DNA of 64,000 nucleotides from Callorhinchus milii (GCF_018977255.1 NW_024704747.1:19468001-19532000); one strand, 5' to 3'. Counted from the stretch's first letter, positions 27,591-40,755 are shown. The notes: generated by a model not told the origin, from the letters alone. Made by a program: numbers and translations.

Positions 27591-28749
27591 CATGATTAAT
27601 ATCTTGAACAAACAATTGTTACAAAGGAAAGGACCTGAACGTTATGTACAAACAAGGAACTCATAGGTCATCCCCCAGTTAGATGACTTTCACAAGGTTG
27701 AGAAGAGAAATATGTTTTGGAATATGAAAATGATATGAGGAAGGATGGCTGGAAGTAGATCACAATTTCTTCAAATATATGGAATACTAGTCTTTATTAT
27801 TAGATTTATTGACTGCCAAGTAAAGAACATGGGGTCATGACTTATGATTTTTAAAAAAATCTCAATGCACTAGGATATCTCTGTGGAACTTCTTCAAGAA
27901 TGGAAAGAATTTGTTTGAGGTGAACATGGGCCTGTGAAAAACTGGGCTTAAGAATGCAGTAATGTGAATATTTCACCCAACAGATGAAAAAGGCCACTGC
28001 ATTATATCACTCCCTTGAGGAAATGGAACATGATTTACAGGATATTGGATCAATGTTAGAAAAGGATGTCAACCAAGGCGTCACCACTTCCCACCTACCC
28101 CCACCCCTGGGAACAAATGCATCGTAACTAGGTTAAAAAGTCACTGGAAATAAATGGATTCCAAGAGGCCAAACTGTGGTGGGGCTAATGTTAATGCCAT
28201 AGTAATTCATTCAGAGTGTGAAGTGAAGAGTTATGTTGTGCTGGATTGACATAAGGATTCCCCATATATGCAATTCAGATTCCTGAATGCCTAAAGCATT
28301 GTATATACAGGATGAAGTGGGACAAGGAAAAGTCAAGTAGACTTCAATAATCCTCAATATAACACAAATGAGTCTAGCTTTTCTGACAAAACAAGAGCAT
28401 GTGCAGTAAATTGTTTAACAAGCTAATTTAAGTCAAGAACAGAATCTTGCATGGTAATTTAACAAGAGTGTGCTGTCCTTATGAAAACTGAGAACAGGAC
28501 ATACCAGAGGTTACTGCAACCTAACCCAGCCTGCAATAAGTAGCCACCGAGAGCAAATGGCCTTGTGCTGCTGCAGCTGTAACAAACTGTACCCCCACCT
28601 GCGGGAGTTTAATGCTTTTGGGAAGAGAACGGTCTAAACATTGCACATCTCCACCATTAGATCGGTTAGCTCAGTTAGTAGCACCCTTGCCTGTCAGTCA
28701 GAAGGTTGTGGGTCCAAGCCCCATATCGGTGCATTGAGTACTGGGGAAA

Positions 28750-29030
28750 AGTACACGTGTGAAGTATGCCCAACTGTGTGCACTTGAGCTCAAAGTTGCT
28801 GAGCTTGAGGAGCAGCTGGTGACACTCTGTCACATCCAGGAGGTTGAGGGGTTCCTGGACCACATGCTCCAGGACATAGCCACTCTACAGTCAGCAAGAC
28901 AGAGTGAGGAAGGGAAGTGTGTGACTGTACATGGGGTGGTTGGAAAAGCAGCCAGGAGAAAGTGCAGGGATCCACTGAGAATTTTGTCAGCGCAGAGATA
29001 TCAGGCATTGAATGCCTGTGATAAGGCCAC
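28750..29030 (+). mobile_element. CR1-clade LINE ORF1 N-terminal fragment, preceded by a SINE head (28662-28750)
   Basis: CVKYAQLCALELKVAELEEQLVTLCHIQEVEGFLD...LSAQRYQAL matches the degenerate Zn-finger/leucine-zipper and NRYxxL pattern of CR1 ORF1. Confidence 0.7.
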
Positions 29031-30891
29031 CTAGTGACCACAAACTTATGAAATGTGTCCAAAGCACACTATTGAGCTTGATATTGAACAGATGACAAAC
29101 ACCCTTGAGAAATGCACTACCTAACCTTTATAATATATCAGAAACTTAGTGAGCTCAGAAAACTGTACAGAGTGCACTCAGCTCCAGATGATTCAGATAC
29201 TGATTTACCAAATGATGGAGAGGAAATGAATGCAGGTACTGGGGATACTGAACAATAGGCTGTATCCAAAATAAGTGGAGTATTGGGATTAGCCATATTT
29301 TTGAATGTAATAGATAGACGGCTACAAGTAAAATGAGATAATGGAGTAGATTATACTCACAAGGGATACTTTGTACAATATCACCCGCAAGAAAATGACG
29401 AATATGAAATTGACCAGGACAATTCAAACTCAATTTTTGAGCAACTCTAGGACTGGGGTGAACAATATGAAACTCTTCAGCCAATTAGACACCACATTTT
29501 CTATCTCATTTTACAGACAATCTTTAGTGTGGACAACATGGGAAAGCAATATCTTTCTGATCCAAATCCTGATTCAAACTGATCCAGTAGGACTAGATGT
29601 GAGATTAGGGTTAAGGTGCACATTGAGGGAAGAATTGGCGTAGAAGAAATTATATCTTGACCTGAAGTGTTTTATGCTGACAATACACAACAAACCTTGA
29701 ATCATGTTTCATCCTCTGCATTGGCTCCTCTTCTTTACAATCGCCTGCTAAAACATAAACTGGAGCATAGCTAGCAAGATATGAATTACATATTTCACTG
29801 TGAATTATCATATGACACTTTTCCCGATTTTTTTCAGCGACTAACATTTATTGTCCTTTTTGTTGGAAGAACGCCTATTTGGGAGCAGCATCATCATATG
29901 ACATGTTTAGCTATCCTGCAATCTTTAGAAGCCACCGTGTACATTGGAGGGGAATTTTACAAGGGTCATTTACTAAGGAGCTAACAACAGACTGGAAACT
30001 GCCGTGTTTTTTGGTAAATCAACCTCAGCCTTCAGGAAGCACTGAAGGATATTCCCATTTCAATCACCATTCCTCATTATGGCCTTCCTGAGTGAGAAGG
30101 TTCACTGTGGGCTGGAATACTTCCCACTTGGTTTCTGTTAACTCTGCAGGCCAAAGCACAAATCGGGTTAGAGGTCTGCACTGGATAAGTAGTGTGAAGC
30201 TTGTCAGCCAGTGTTATTGACAACTTGTGCTGAATGATGAGCAGCTTTGAGGTGGACACTCAAACCCATTAGCAAATGCTCATGTCGGGCCTTGAAAACA
30301 GGGAAAGGGAGAACCAAGATATACTATTCTGTACATTGACAGCAAAAAAACTACTACTGAGGTCTTAAAGCTAAAAGTTATACGAGAGATCAAAGGGTCT
30401 GAACTCAAGAAGCTGCATGCCATCTTATTTTAGACATCAGTAATACCAGGCATCATTGATGAGTATCATTGATATGCAACTAGTTAATCCTCAAAGTGTT
30501 TTAAACCTTAACTTAGTTATAACTATAGTAGGAAAGTTGCAGGGAGGTCATATTTTTAAATTTGAATAAAAGTAGACAGTTTCACAGGTTGGATATATTC
30601 CAAGGGACCCTCAAAGAAGCATTCCTTGTTGGAACCTTGGGTGATCTACTATTGGATATGAATACTGTGTCATTAGTCACAGTGAAAATAAGACACAGAT
30701 CTGATATTGAGTTACCTATTGACTACTATATATAAAAAAAATCTCTCAATCACTTTGCTCTTTTAGCTACTCTTTACAAATGCTTTTGTATTTTGAGACA
30801 AAGGAATGTAGATATGAGATGCATGTTCAAATCTGACAAAATACATGCACACTAGAAATGTATTGATGCAAACCCATGTGAAGGGCACTAT

Positions 30892-31070
30892 ATACAACAA
30901 CAACAAGATTGCATTTATAGAGCGCCTTTCACGTCGGGAGGACGTCCCAAGGCGCTGGACAGTTGAGTCGGGACCCGAGCAGGGGGGAAGTGGTCAGGGT
31001 GAGGGGAGGGAAGGGAGCGAAGAGGGGGCAGAGAGTCGAGAGGGGAGCTGAAGGCACGGTTGAAGAGAAC
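30892..31070 (-). mobile_element. L2 3' tail, young
   Basis: (AAC)n, gcgcctttcacgtcgggaggacgtcccaagg; same as 47950-48107 (+). Confidence 0.8.
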
Positions 31071-32779
31071 CGCAAGCAGCAATCATTAGAGGTGAACCTT
31101 TATCCAAGACTCAGACATCTGATGGCTGATAGAATTGAATAAAGGCATCACTTGCCTTTGAGACTGCTGTTGGAAGCTTGTTTAATGCAGGTTGTCTGTG
31201 CAGTGACTATCTGTGTCAGAGCTATTGACAAAATGATGCTACCTTTGATCCTAGTAAAAAGCTTTGTGGTCAACAATTAAATAAAATGTACCTTAGCCCT
31301 AGAGATTCTGAAAAATCAACTCTGCCCACAAATAACCTGGTTTAGAAAGTGACCCAACAGCTGTTTGGAAACATCTCTCCTGCACTGGTAGCAGCACTTG
31401 ATGAACAAATCAATGAGTCTGTCAATTCATACAGCAGCTGAAAATTTTCGATTAAATCATTAACATGCTGCTTTCAGGCTTCACTTCCAATTCACAGTAT
31501 TATTAAAGTACAGGGTAGCTTACAGAATGCATTCAGTGAAAGGGAGTTTATAATGATCTCCAATTCTGATAGGTCAAAAGACACAAAGTTGAACTTAATA
31601 CCAGGATTCAATCTCTTGTCACTTCTGATACCTTTACTATTCAAGGTCTCAGACTGAAGCAGAACATTAAAAATTAGATATTACACAAAAATGCCTTATT
31701 AACTGTATTGCCTGCTATAGTACTGAGACATACAGACCAGGAGTTAATCTCTTCTGATACCCTAGGCCCAAAGTAAAGGGTATACCTCCTCCAACACAAC
31801 AAGGCCATTTTTTAAAGTTTAAGCTCTAGGAATTGGAGATCACAGCAAATTTCCTGTAAATTTCATGCACCTATCAATTCAATTCGGCAGAACTTAATGT
31901 GGAAAAAAAATAAAATTCCCAAATGGCAAATAAAAAAAATTGCAACGTGAATTTTCTCAGAGTTTCTGTATTAAACCCTGAATAGCTAAATCCTTTGTCA
32001 ATTCATTTTAATCTCATGTAACCCTTTTAGCCTTTAGCCTGCTGAAAATGCACTTGAAAGCGCATTATGAAGCAGACCAAGGTTAAAGAGGAATGTTGTT
32101 AAGTAAAGCTTTAGTTCCATTTGGTTGACTTTAGTGTCAGGGGATTAGATTTTCACAAGAACTATGATGTAATAGACCCATTTACCTACAATTATTTACA
32201 CACAAAACACGATGGTCTAAATATAAATGACCACAACATATTTTGGCCAATCGCAAATAGAATTTATCTGAAAACATTCACAAAAATTAAAAAGAGAGAA
32301 GAGGAAACAAGGCAACATGTCTTCAGCTCACCGATACAGCAATGATCATAGCAGAACAGTAGTGCTTGTCTCAGTTGGTGATACTTTTACCTCTGAGTCA
32401 GAAGGTTGTAGGTTCCATCCCCACGTTGGTAATTTAAGTTGAAACGCTAATGCAATGCTGGGGGAGCACAGCATTGAGAGAGTATGTTATTATTAATAAT
32501 TATTATTATTTTTCTTCTACTTTGCAAATGGAAAATAATCTTTTCCAGGAGCTGCTAATGTGATAAGGTTCCCATTTCACAAATGTATTAGACCAGTGCT
32601 AAATGAGGGTCCAACAAAAGCACCAGAGCCTATTAAGAACAGGTAGAGAAGACGAAGTGGCAAAGTGTTTGCATCAGACCTCATCTCATATCACCAAGCA
32701 CTCAGCCAAACTCACACACACACTCAAGCTTCCTGAAAATGGAGGTTTTTATGGTAAAGTTGGTGTTGAAGGTGAAATG

Positions 32780-33065
32780 CAGGAGACAATTTCCACAAGG
32801 CAGCGTCCCCAAAGCCATCAAGTGAATGACCAATTTTATTTGGGGATTGCTAACCAGGACATGGGAGAAACTCGTCTTGTTTAATGTCTCTTTTGAAGGT
32901 TGTCACCACCAACAATGCAACCCCCACATGCCCCCCCACCGCCATCCCCTCAAGCACTGGATTGGAGTGTCAGCCTAGACTATGCGAGTTCAAAGTCGTG
33001 ACGTGGGGTTTGAACCTGCAACCTTCTAACCCAGAGGAAAGAGTGATACAAACTGAGCCAGACTG
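32780..33065 (-). mobile_element. Deu SINE, degenerate
   Basis: Core and head motifs in reverse complement. Confidence 0.6.
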
Positions 33066-34984
33066 AAATATGAAGGTTAATAGATAACCTTCACGTTTTG
33101 AGATGCAACACACACACACACACACAAATCATTCAGAATCATTGGAGTTTAGTTTTTGATCACATGTTTCACAAACAGCTGTTAATTCAGTTTACAAAAA
33201 GATTGACATCTTACCACAGATCTTTTCCAACTTCTCAGTTACTTGTGCTTCCAACAAAAACAATTCCCAAAAAAGATCCTTTATGGATGTTTCCATCACA
33301 TTAATTGTGACTAAAACCCGGTTAGAATTGGACAAATGATGTAGTAAATTCCCCATTGCCAGTGTTTTGAGAATAGCACTTTGCTTATTCATTTCTGCTG
33401 CGGCTATTCAAGGACCACACTTGTTACATCACTCAGACTAGCGTTTCCATAGTGCTTGTGACCAACAGCACCATGGTAACTCCACAAGTTGAACCTTGAA
33501 ACGATGCAGGAAAGAAAAGAAAACATTTTCAATTTAAGAGACTGATTCAGCAAATCAATGGAACTTTCAACCATTAATGAAGAATTAAGAAAACCAAAGG
33601 ACTGTTATTTCTTCTTTCACTCAGTCAAGGTTCAGAAGCCTAGATTCTAGTGTCAAAATGGTCTCGGAGAATATTTATGCCACTGTCTTTAGTGTGCTGG
33701 GAACTTTTCTCTTTTTAGAAGCTTGAGCTGCAATTATTTCACTTCCACAGGACAATAAATGGATCCAAGTGCTCAACAAGTTCTACATTGCTATAAAATA
33801 GTAATGATATATCTTACATTTATTATAGCTCCTTTCACATCAGGAGAATGTCTCATAGTGCTTCACAGGACTTGGTGTAAAGTATATTAATTATATTTTG
33901 CAGGTGAATGCAACCTCTAATTTCTAAAAGCATTATCTCAGAACACAGCCATGAAGTGAATGATCAGTTTTATTTTATTTGCTGGATTGTTGTCAGGACT
34001 CCATTTGTAAAATATTGAGAAGTAGATATTAATGTTAATAATTTGTATGATTCGCATAGTGGTGAAAACATTCAAATGTTTCAAAGAGCTTCACACAATT
34101 GCTGAAAAATGTAGTGACTGTGTATTTGTAGCTAAACGCAGGAGCCATTTTGGACAAAGTAGGGTCCGTAACCAGTCACAAAGTAACTGATCAAGTTTAC
34201 TTCCACAATGCTGGGAGAAACTCGCTTCTGTTTTTGAATAATACCATGGGATCTTAGCCTCCACCTGAGCAGGCAGACGTGACCAAGGCTAATGCTTCAT
34301 TCAAAGGATACCTTGCAAATTGATACCCTATGTGGTAGGGAGGTCTCTTCTGATGGCTGATACAAAGTTAGCTCAGCAAGGAAAGGAGCGCAGATGTTAC
34401 AGCAGAAGGCGAAAGGTAGAAAGGAACAGTCCCCTCCATAAGGCTGAGCTAATCTTGTTGATTCCACCACACCCAGTTAAAGCAAATCTGGGTAAACTCT
34501 TCACTCCAGTATTGCCAATGACAAGGCACCACTTTTCTTTATTGTATCTGGAAAATAGGTTTGCTATTGCTGCAAACTTATTGCTGCTTACAGATAGTTT
34601 ACTGCAATCCTTTACATGAATATGGATTTGATTCCCAGTGGTATTGAACAATGCGCAGCAGAAAAAGCCACAATGGCTGCAGACTTACCAGCTGCTTAGA
34701 CTGATTGATGAACATGATCTTTGCTCTATGACTCTACTCCTGCTCGTCGCAGACTTGATGACTGCAACACAAGAGCCCATATTCATCCATCTCTTCATGT
34801 AAATAGCATTATAAAGAGAGCAGCTGTCTGTATCCTGATATATACCCATTCTCCGGTGTTGCTTGCCAGCCTGTGCACTGTATCTCCTTGTCACCCTGCA
34901 TCTCTTTGTTTCTGAGAGTTGCTTATGGTTAAATGTAGCTCTGATTCACTCTCACCACTTTTTCGTTTCACCTGAATCTGCTTA

Positions 34985-35335
34985 ACTGAATCTGAGAAGA
35001 GCTCAGCGTCCTGCTGGGATTGAAATTCATTGAGGTGGGGGCGTAGGGGGGTGAAGCTGAGGTCTTTACTGAGGACGGATCATTCGGGATCAGGGAGTGG
35101 GAGTTCAGAGGGAATAGTGAAGATATGGCAAGGAGTGGGATTGGGGGAGGGGATGGGGTCAGAGGAAGGCAAAGGGGAGGAGGGGTCAGGAGAGGGGTTG
35201 GCATCCACGAGTCATTGAAATTTGTGATCCTTGCCATACTGCCCTTTCACCTCCTCCCATACCACTGTCCAGGGGCGCAAACACAGTTTTCAAGTGAGAC
35301 AGCGATTTACGTGAAGAGCCATCAATGTAGTATCC
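34985..35335. mobile_element. Penelope-like retroelement fragments in inverted orientation
   Basis: Minus strand ~35025-35112 reads PSELPLPDPE*SVLSKDLSFT(fs)LRPHLNEF (PLE N-terminal region). Plus strand ~35240-35332 reads CPFTSSHTTVQGRKHSFQVRQRFT*RAINVV (lead-in to the GIY-YIG endonuclease). Confidence 0.7.
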
Positions 35336-37619
35336 ACCAATCGATGAACAACTGGGTTCCTACTTATTGCTAGGTAAACAGAGGCATGTTGAGTAAGGAA
35401 ACTTGCCCAACGTTTATCAATGATCAACGGCAAATCATTCTATAATGTGATTGAATCACAAATCGCTCTAACCTCTCAGACATAAAAACCCTGCATAAAC
35501 TAATCACAAAACCCAGCTAATGTTACACTCCAGACGAGGGGCAGATTTAACACGCGTGGCCTCTTCATCTTATTCTAAACACACTGACAGTACCAGGTTT
35601 GATTTTAATGGTGTTTTGGCTTAAGATGAGGGAAATGAAATAAATCTGTCTATAAAGTAATTTTGCAATAGTTAAGTTCCTTTGGTACATTGATGCAAAT
35701 CCTAAGAAGAGACAAGCATAGTTAGTGAGAAAGAGAGAGAAAAAAATCAGGTACTTCCTCATTCTCTCAAGTCACCATTACAAAAAGCACCACAATTTCA
35801 AGATCACCAACATCAACCTCAACTCCAAAGAGAGTGCATGAAAAATTTATTTTGCCTCTGGGTTATTTTTTAACAACAATTTTCTGTGTTAGCAGCTTAA
35901 GGTTTTAGAAGTGTGTGAGACAGCAATGTGTGGATGAGAATGAAACACAGAGACAAATATAATAGCCTTGGCAGACAGGTCTCATCAGTAGGACACTCAA
36001 CCCTTCAGAGAGATCCCAGGAGACCTGAGTGAATTAGCAGTCATTCTTGCCTAACCTAAAGAACTACATTTTTTTGAAGAGTTAATGGAGGTGTGGGATT
36101 TGGACTATTGCAAATCGCACAGCAACCAAGCAGACCCTGCAGCCAAACCCTAACCAGAATGTTCAGGAGAGGAATGAGAGAATTCCTCTGCTCATTTTGC
36201 TGGGATAGAGAATTTGTTATTGAGGATGAACCCCACTTATTCTGCTTCATTTTGTTACGTGTCACTGATTTAACCACATGCCTTTAGAGACGATTAATGC
36301 AAGTTAGTTATTTCTACATTTCTTTTTATGTCTAACTAATCAATCACTACACTTACAGAACTTTGCAAGGCAGCTTGAAATGTTTCTGATGTTAAATCAA
36401 ATAATATTCCTTGCATTTGATATAATGCCTTATCACGTCATTGAGACATCTCAAAGTGCTACACAGGATTTTGCTGTGAAGTGTAGTGGCTGTATTTGTA
36501 GATAAATACAGCAGCCAATTTGGGCCCAGCATTGTCCCACAAACAGCCATGAAATGAATCATGAATTTGATTTTATAAATGCAAGGATTATCATAGATAT
36601 ATATTCTATACAAGTGTTCAATTGCAATAATTTAAACTTGTGGTTTTCACGCTAGACATAGCAAATCTCCTTAAATCACAAGAGAGGTTCAGATGAAGAA
36701 AGTTCTTCTACCCATTGGATCTCATTCTTCCCACTCTACAATCTTCCCATTACAGAATCAAGCAATTTCTTAAATGATTCCAGGCTTTAACCTATTCCTG
36801 CACTCTCAATCCTCAACTACTAAATTTGCTCCATGAATTAAAATTTTTGTTCTTAATCCATCCAATTTAACTTTCCTCATCCCTATCTTAGAATTCCCTT
36901 CCTTACTTCAATTGCACTTTGGGATTTGAGGACTGCTTTAAAGAGGACATTTATTGAAGGGCATTTGGTTAGTCATCCTTGATAAATTGGAGATTGAGAA
37001 AAGCAAATTAAACTGCATTAGACTCTTGCTAACCAACCCTTAATAGATTACTTTCTCGGATTAGGTGAGAAGCCTTTGTCTCTTTAGGGAAAGAGAGTGT
37101 GCAGACCATGTGATGCAAATGTCCATGTATATGTGGAATTCCCAATAATTTGGTTTGGATACTCTAAAGCATGGTGTTGAGTTTGGTTTGTGTCAGAAAT
37201 GTGGCTTCCCCCTGCCCTCAAATGCCGATCAATATACTGACAGAACTCAGTGTAATCTCTTCTACTCAATCTCCACCCCCGCGCACACATGTGCGCCCAT
37301 AAACAGAATGTGAAATACAGTGTATAAACTTTTAGCTCATCTTTGAATCAACCATTCCCTGACTGTCCAGCGCCTTGGGACATCCTCCCAACTTGAAAGG
37401 CGCTATACAAATTGAATTTTTTATTGTATTGTAACAATGGTAAGGATTTAAGCTTCTGTTCTCATGATCTAAAATTACAATTACTTCCAAGAATCTTCAA
37501 AGCAAAACTTAAACACAACCAGAGAGAGAAAACACCTCTCTAAGGGTGAGAATTTAGACCCTAAATTGAAGTATTACATCCAGCTCATGTGGTTTCTGTA
37601 TATCATGATACTATACAGG

Positions 37620-38620
37620 TTTTCGTACCCAATTCACCAGAGAGATCCGTCTCATTTATCAAACCGATGATGCTGAGCTCTGGATCAACATTCCTCATTC
37701 CAGAAAATAAGAACCCTTCTCCAATATTCTGGATTGAACAGCAACACTCATAGAGATGAACAATTTTCCAACAGAAGATTGAATATCTGACAATGATGCA
37801 TTGCTAATACTAGAAATGGACCTACTGGCAGGCTATATGAGCTGTGAGTCATTCTGTAGTCACACGATTAATTAGGAACCTAACATTCATTTTTAAAATA
37901 AATTAAAATGTATAAACATTGTTAAGTTTAAACAACTAGGTAGACTGTTGGATCAGAATGCAGTATGTTTGATGTATTCAGTGCCCCACACATTGTTCTT
38001 ATCCCTAACCATGAAAGTTACACCTTGCCTCAGGCTTCTATAATTCTCACAACAGACACATTCTGTGTCAGGATAACCCCCAACCCCATCATGAACCAGT
38101 TTCTCCCGTACTGTTACTGGAAAATGGAATGAACTGCCAGGGGGTAGCTGTCAGAGCAGAATTGATCAAGATATTTAAAAGGGGAGGGAGGGGGTGAGAA
38201 AGACATTAGATGGGCTTATTTGCTGGAAGAATATTCAAGGGTACGAGGAAATGCATCAGTCCACAGGGGACAAGAATGGTTAAGCTCTGCCCTCTTTTCT
38301 TGTTATGATATTGGACAGACCCCCTGCTTGGGTGAGGATCAATGGGATTTTCACACACTGACATATCTGCCTGCTATACAGTCCCTCAGGACACAACCTT
38401 CTCCAAACTAAAGGAAGTTGACGTGACAGTACTGAAGGTTTTTCCTAATAAATCAGAATTTATTCACGGAATCAGCCCAAGTCCACTGAAGGGTCAGAAG
38501 AGCAGAACAATCGATTAGCACTAATGACTGTTTTGTGGTTACCCGAGGTCTATTTATACCTCGCACACTGTGTTGTTGAGATCACTGCTGTTTTGCAGCT
38601 GAAGGCAACATCAATGCAGC
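37620..38620 (-). pseudogene. Possible highly eroded beta/gamma-crystallin relic with orphan promoter
   Basis: TATAAATAGACC and CTGCAAAACAGCAG promoter-like motifs, followed by three collinear weak crystallin-like peptide patches (see findings). By-eye alignment only. Confidence 0.25.
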
Positions 38621-38989
38621 AGCTAGTCAAAAGCAACGGACAAGACAATCATTAAAAGGCATTTTCAAAGAAGGCAAACAAATCTAATGATAATGTTAGT
38701 CAATAGATTTAAATCCATGCTGACTACAAGATATTTGTGTGCACCTTAACTTTAAGATGAGACCTTGCATTTGCAGAAGAGGTTTATGTCGTTGCCTAAA
38801 ATCAGACACTCAGTTATACTGCAGTTTCCAGTTTGGCATAGGTACCTGTTTCACTGGACAGTGCCACAATGTCTCCTTATGCTATTCATGTGCAGCACTC
38901 CATTAACCAGGACCTAAAGGGTGATGAAATTTTAATCTCAGGGAAGAGTTGACCACCTTGTTTCTTGGCTGTTCAGTAATATTACTCAA

Positions 38990-39272
38990 TCACTCAATGC
39001 ACAACTGTTTGTGAGGCAATGCTGTGCACAATTGGCTGTTGTATTTTGCCCTCAAAATATACTGTCAATTCACTTGACAGTATATTCTGTGAAGCGCTTT
39101 GAGACATCTCAAAGACATTTCGCGCACAAATATACAGTCAATTCACTTTACAGTATATTCTGTGAAGGGCTTTGAGACGTCTAGAAGACGTGAAAAGCGC
39201 TAAATCAAATGCAAGGATTATTATTATTATAAAGCACTACATCAAATGCAAGGAATATTGTTATTATTATTA
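38990..39272 (+). mobile_element. Nested SINE tails: young 3' fragment (~39120-39230) inside an older copy
   Basis: The tail unit occurs twice, and the old copy's final aaagcactacatcaaatgcaagg follows the young (ATT)n. Confidence 0.75.
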
Positions 39273-39689
39273 ATAAACACCCAAAACTTGCCAGCCCAAA
39301 AGCCTGAGAACTCTTCAAGCTATAAATTTTAAACAGGTTGTTCCACAAAAGTTTTTTTTCACCTTGCATTTGATATAGCGCCTTTTCGTATGGTCAAGAT
39401 GCCTCAAAGTGCTTCAGAGGATTTGTAAAGTAGTGTGACTGTGGTTAGCACCTGCAAAACAACAACAACAACTTGTCTCAGAGCACTTTACAGTAACGGA
39501 TCCCAGGACTGAGCCAGGGGGAGGGGGAGTTACATTACACGATTGTCACTGCTGTCTAAGATACTGGTCCTTTGATAAAGAGCGTTTCTGATTTTAGATG
39601 GATTAATGTTACATTGAAGCGAACAAGGATTTCAGTTAATAATTCTCAATACAGTTACCGGTACGCTGTCTGGAGGAAAACAGCCATAG

Positions 39690-39895
39690 CGATTAGAAGG
39701 ACCTGGATTTGATCCTGTTCCGTGCTCAATTAGCTGATCTCTGCCAGGATAGCACTTGAGGCTCTCAATGTCTCTGGGCTAGAGAGATGAAAAGTCAGCC
39801 AGGATTTTGGCTAACTGATCGCTATTCAGTGACCTCTGCTGCAAGTACTTGCTATCTGAGGGTCAAACCAGGCTTAGTTGTGATGTTCCTCTCTC
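39690..39895 (+). mobile_element. Old non-Deu SINE-like repeat (family unassigned)
   Basis: gtgctcaattagctgatctctgccagg...tcagccagg...gatcgctattcagtgacc; related pieces at 26690-26815 (+) and 49780-50110 (-). Confidence 0.5.
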
Positions 39896-39914
39896 TTTCC
39901 CCACCCCACCCCAA

Positions 39915-40130
39915 CTAGATTTTTACACAGGGGGTGTTGGGAATGTGGAACTGTAGAGAGCTGTAATTGAAGCAAAAAGCATCATTGTATTTAAGAGTAA
40001 ATTTAATGACACATAAGAGAAAAGGGATAGAGGAGTATAGAACAGGAAAATCGGAGGAGTAGAACAAGACACCATAATAGACTAGTTGGACCAAATGGCC
40101 TGTTTCTCTCTATGAAATTCTATGAATTAC
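39915..40130 (+). mobile_element. CR1 LINE 3' end
   Basis: tttttacacagggggtgttgggaatgtggaac...ttggaccaaatggcctgtttc...attctatg. Confidence 0.75.
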
Positions 40131-40755
40131 CAGCCTCATTCATTATCTAGGTTCTTGTAAGCAGAATGGTCACTCGTGTTGGGGGCTCAGTGGGAGTGGG
40201 AGCTTGTGGAGTCATGTACAGTATAAGTGCAAGTTCGGTCTGGTTTCCGCAGGATGTGGGGTGGAGGGAAGAGAGGAGAAATGGGAGGGGAAAATAGAAA
40301 ATTATTTTTGACAGGAATTAAAAAGGAACAATTGTAAAATTTCAGTACATCAGGGATCACAAAATTCTAATCAGCTGCAGAGAGAGCTTGAAAGACCACT
40401 GTGGTAAGAAGGGAATCATTTTAGCTGAATTTCACTTAAACTAAAACAATGCAGTGCAGTGCTGGGATCACATAACACAAGCTGATTTTGAGCAGCTGCA
40501 ATCTGGAGGATGTAGAGAGAGAAAGCGACTGCTATTAAATGCTTCACCTTTACACTCTGGCCTAAGCTGTACAGGAAGCAATTGTTGAATTACTTTCTTC
40601 ACGAAAATGAAGAGTAGATCATTGTACATTGCTGAACAAGACAGATTGAACCCGCACCAGCAAAATACAACAAAGAGTGCTCAATATTAACTTCTAAACA
40701 CCTGCCCAAATTCAACAAGGTGACCGTTCCCCAATGCTCAAACGGATGGATGTTA

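Noticed and set aside
29400-29490. EQL*DWGEQYETL resembling the cadherin cytoplasmic DWG motif
   Set aside because: Only a 3-4 residue match with no other cadherin features; kept only as part of the unidentified tract.
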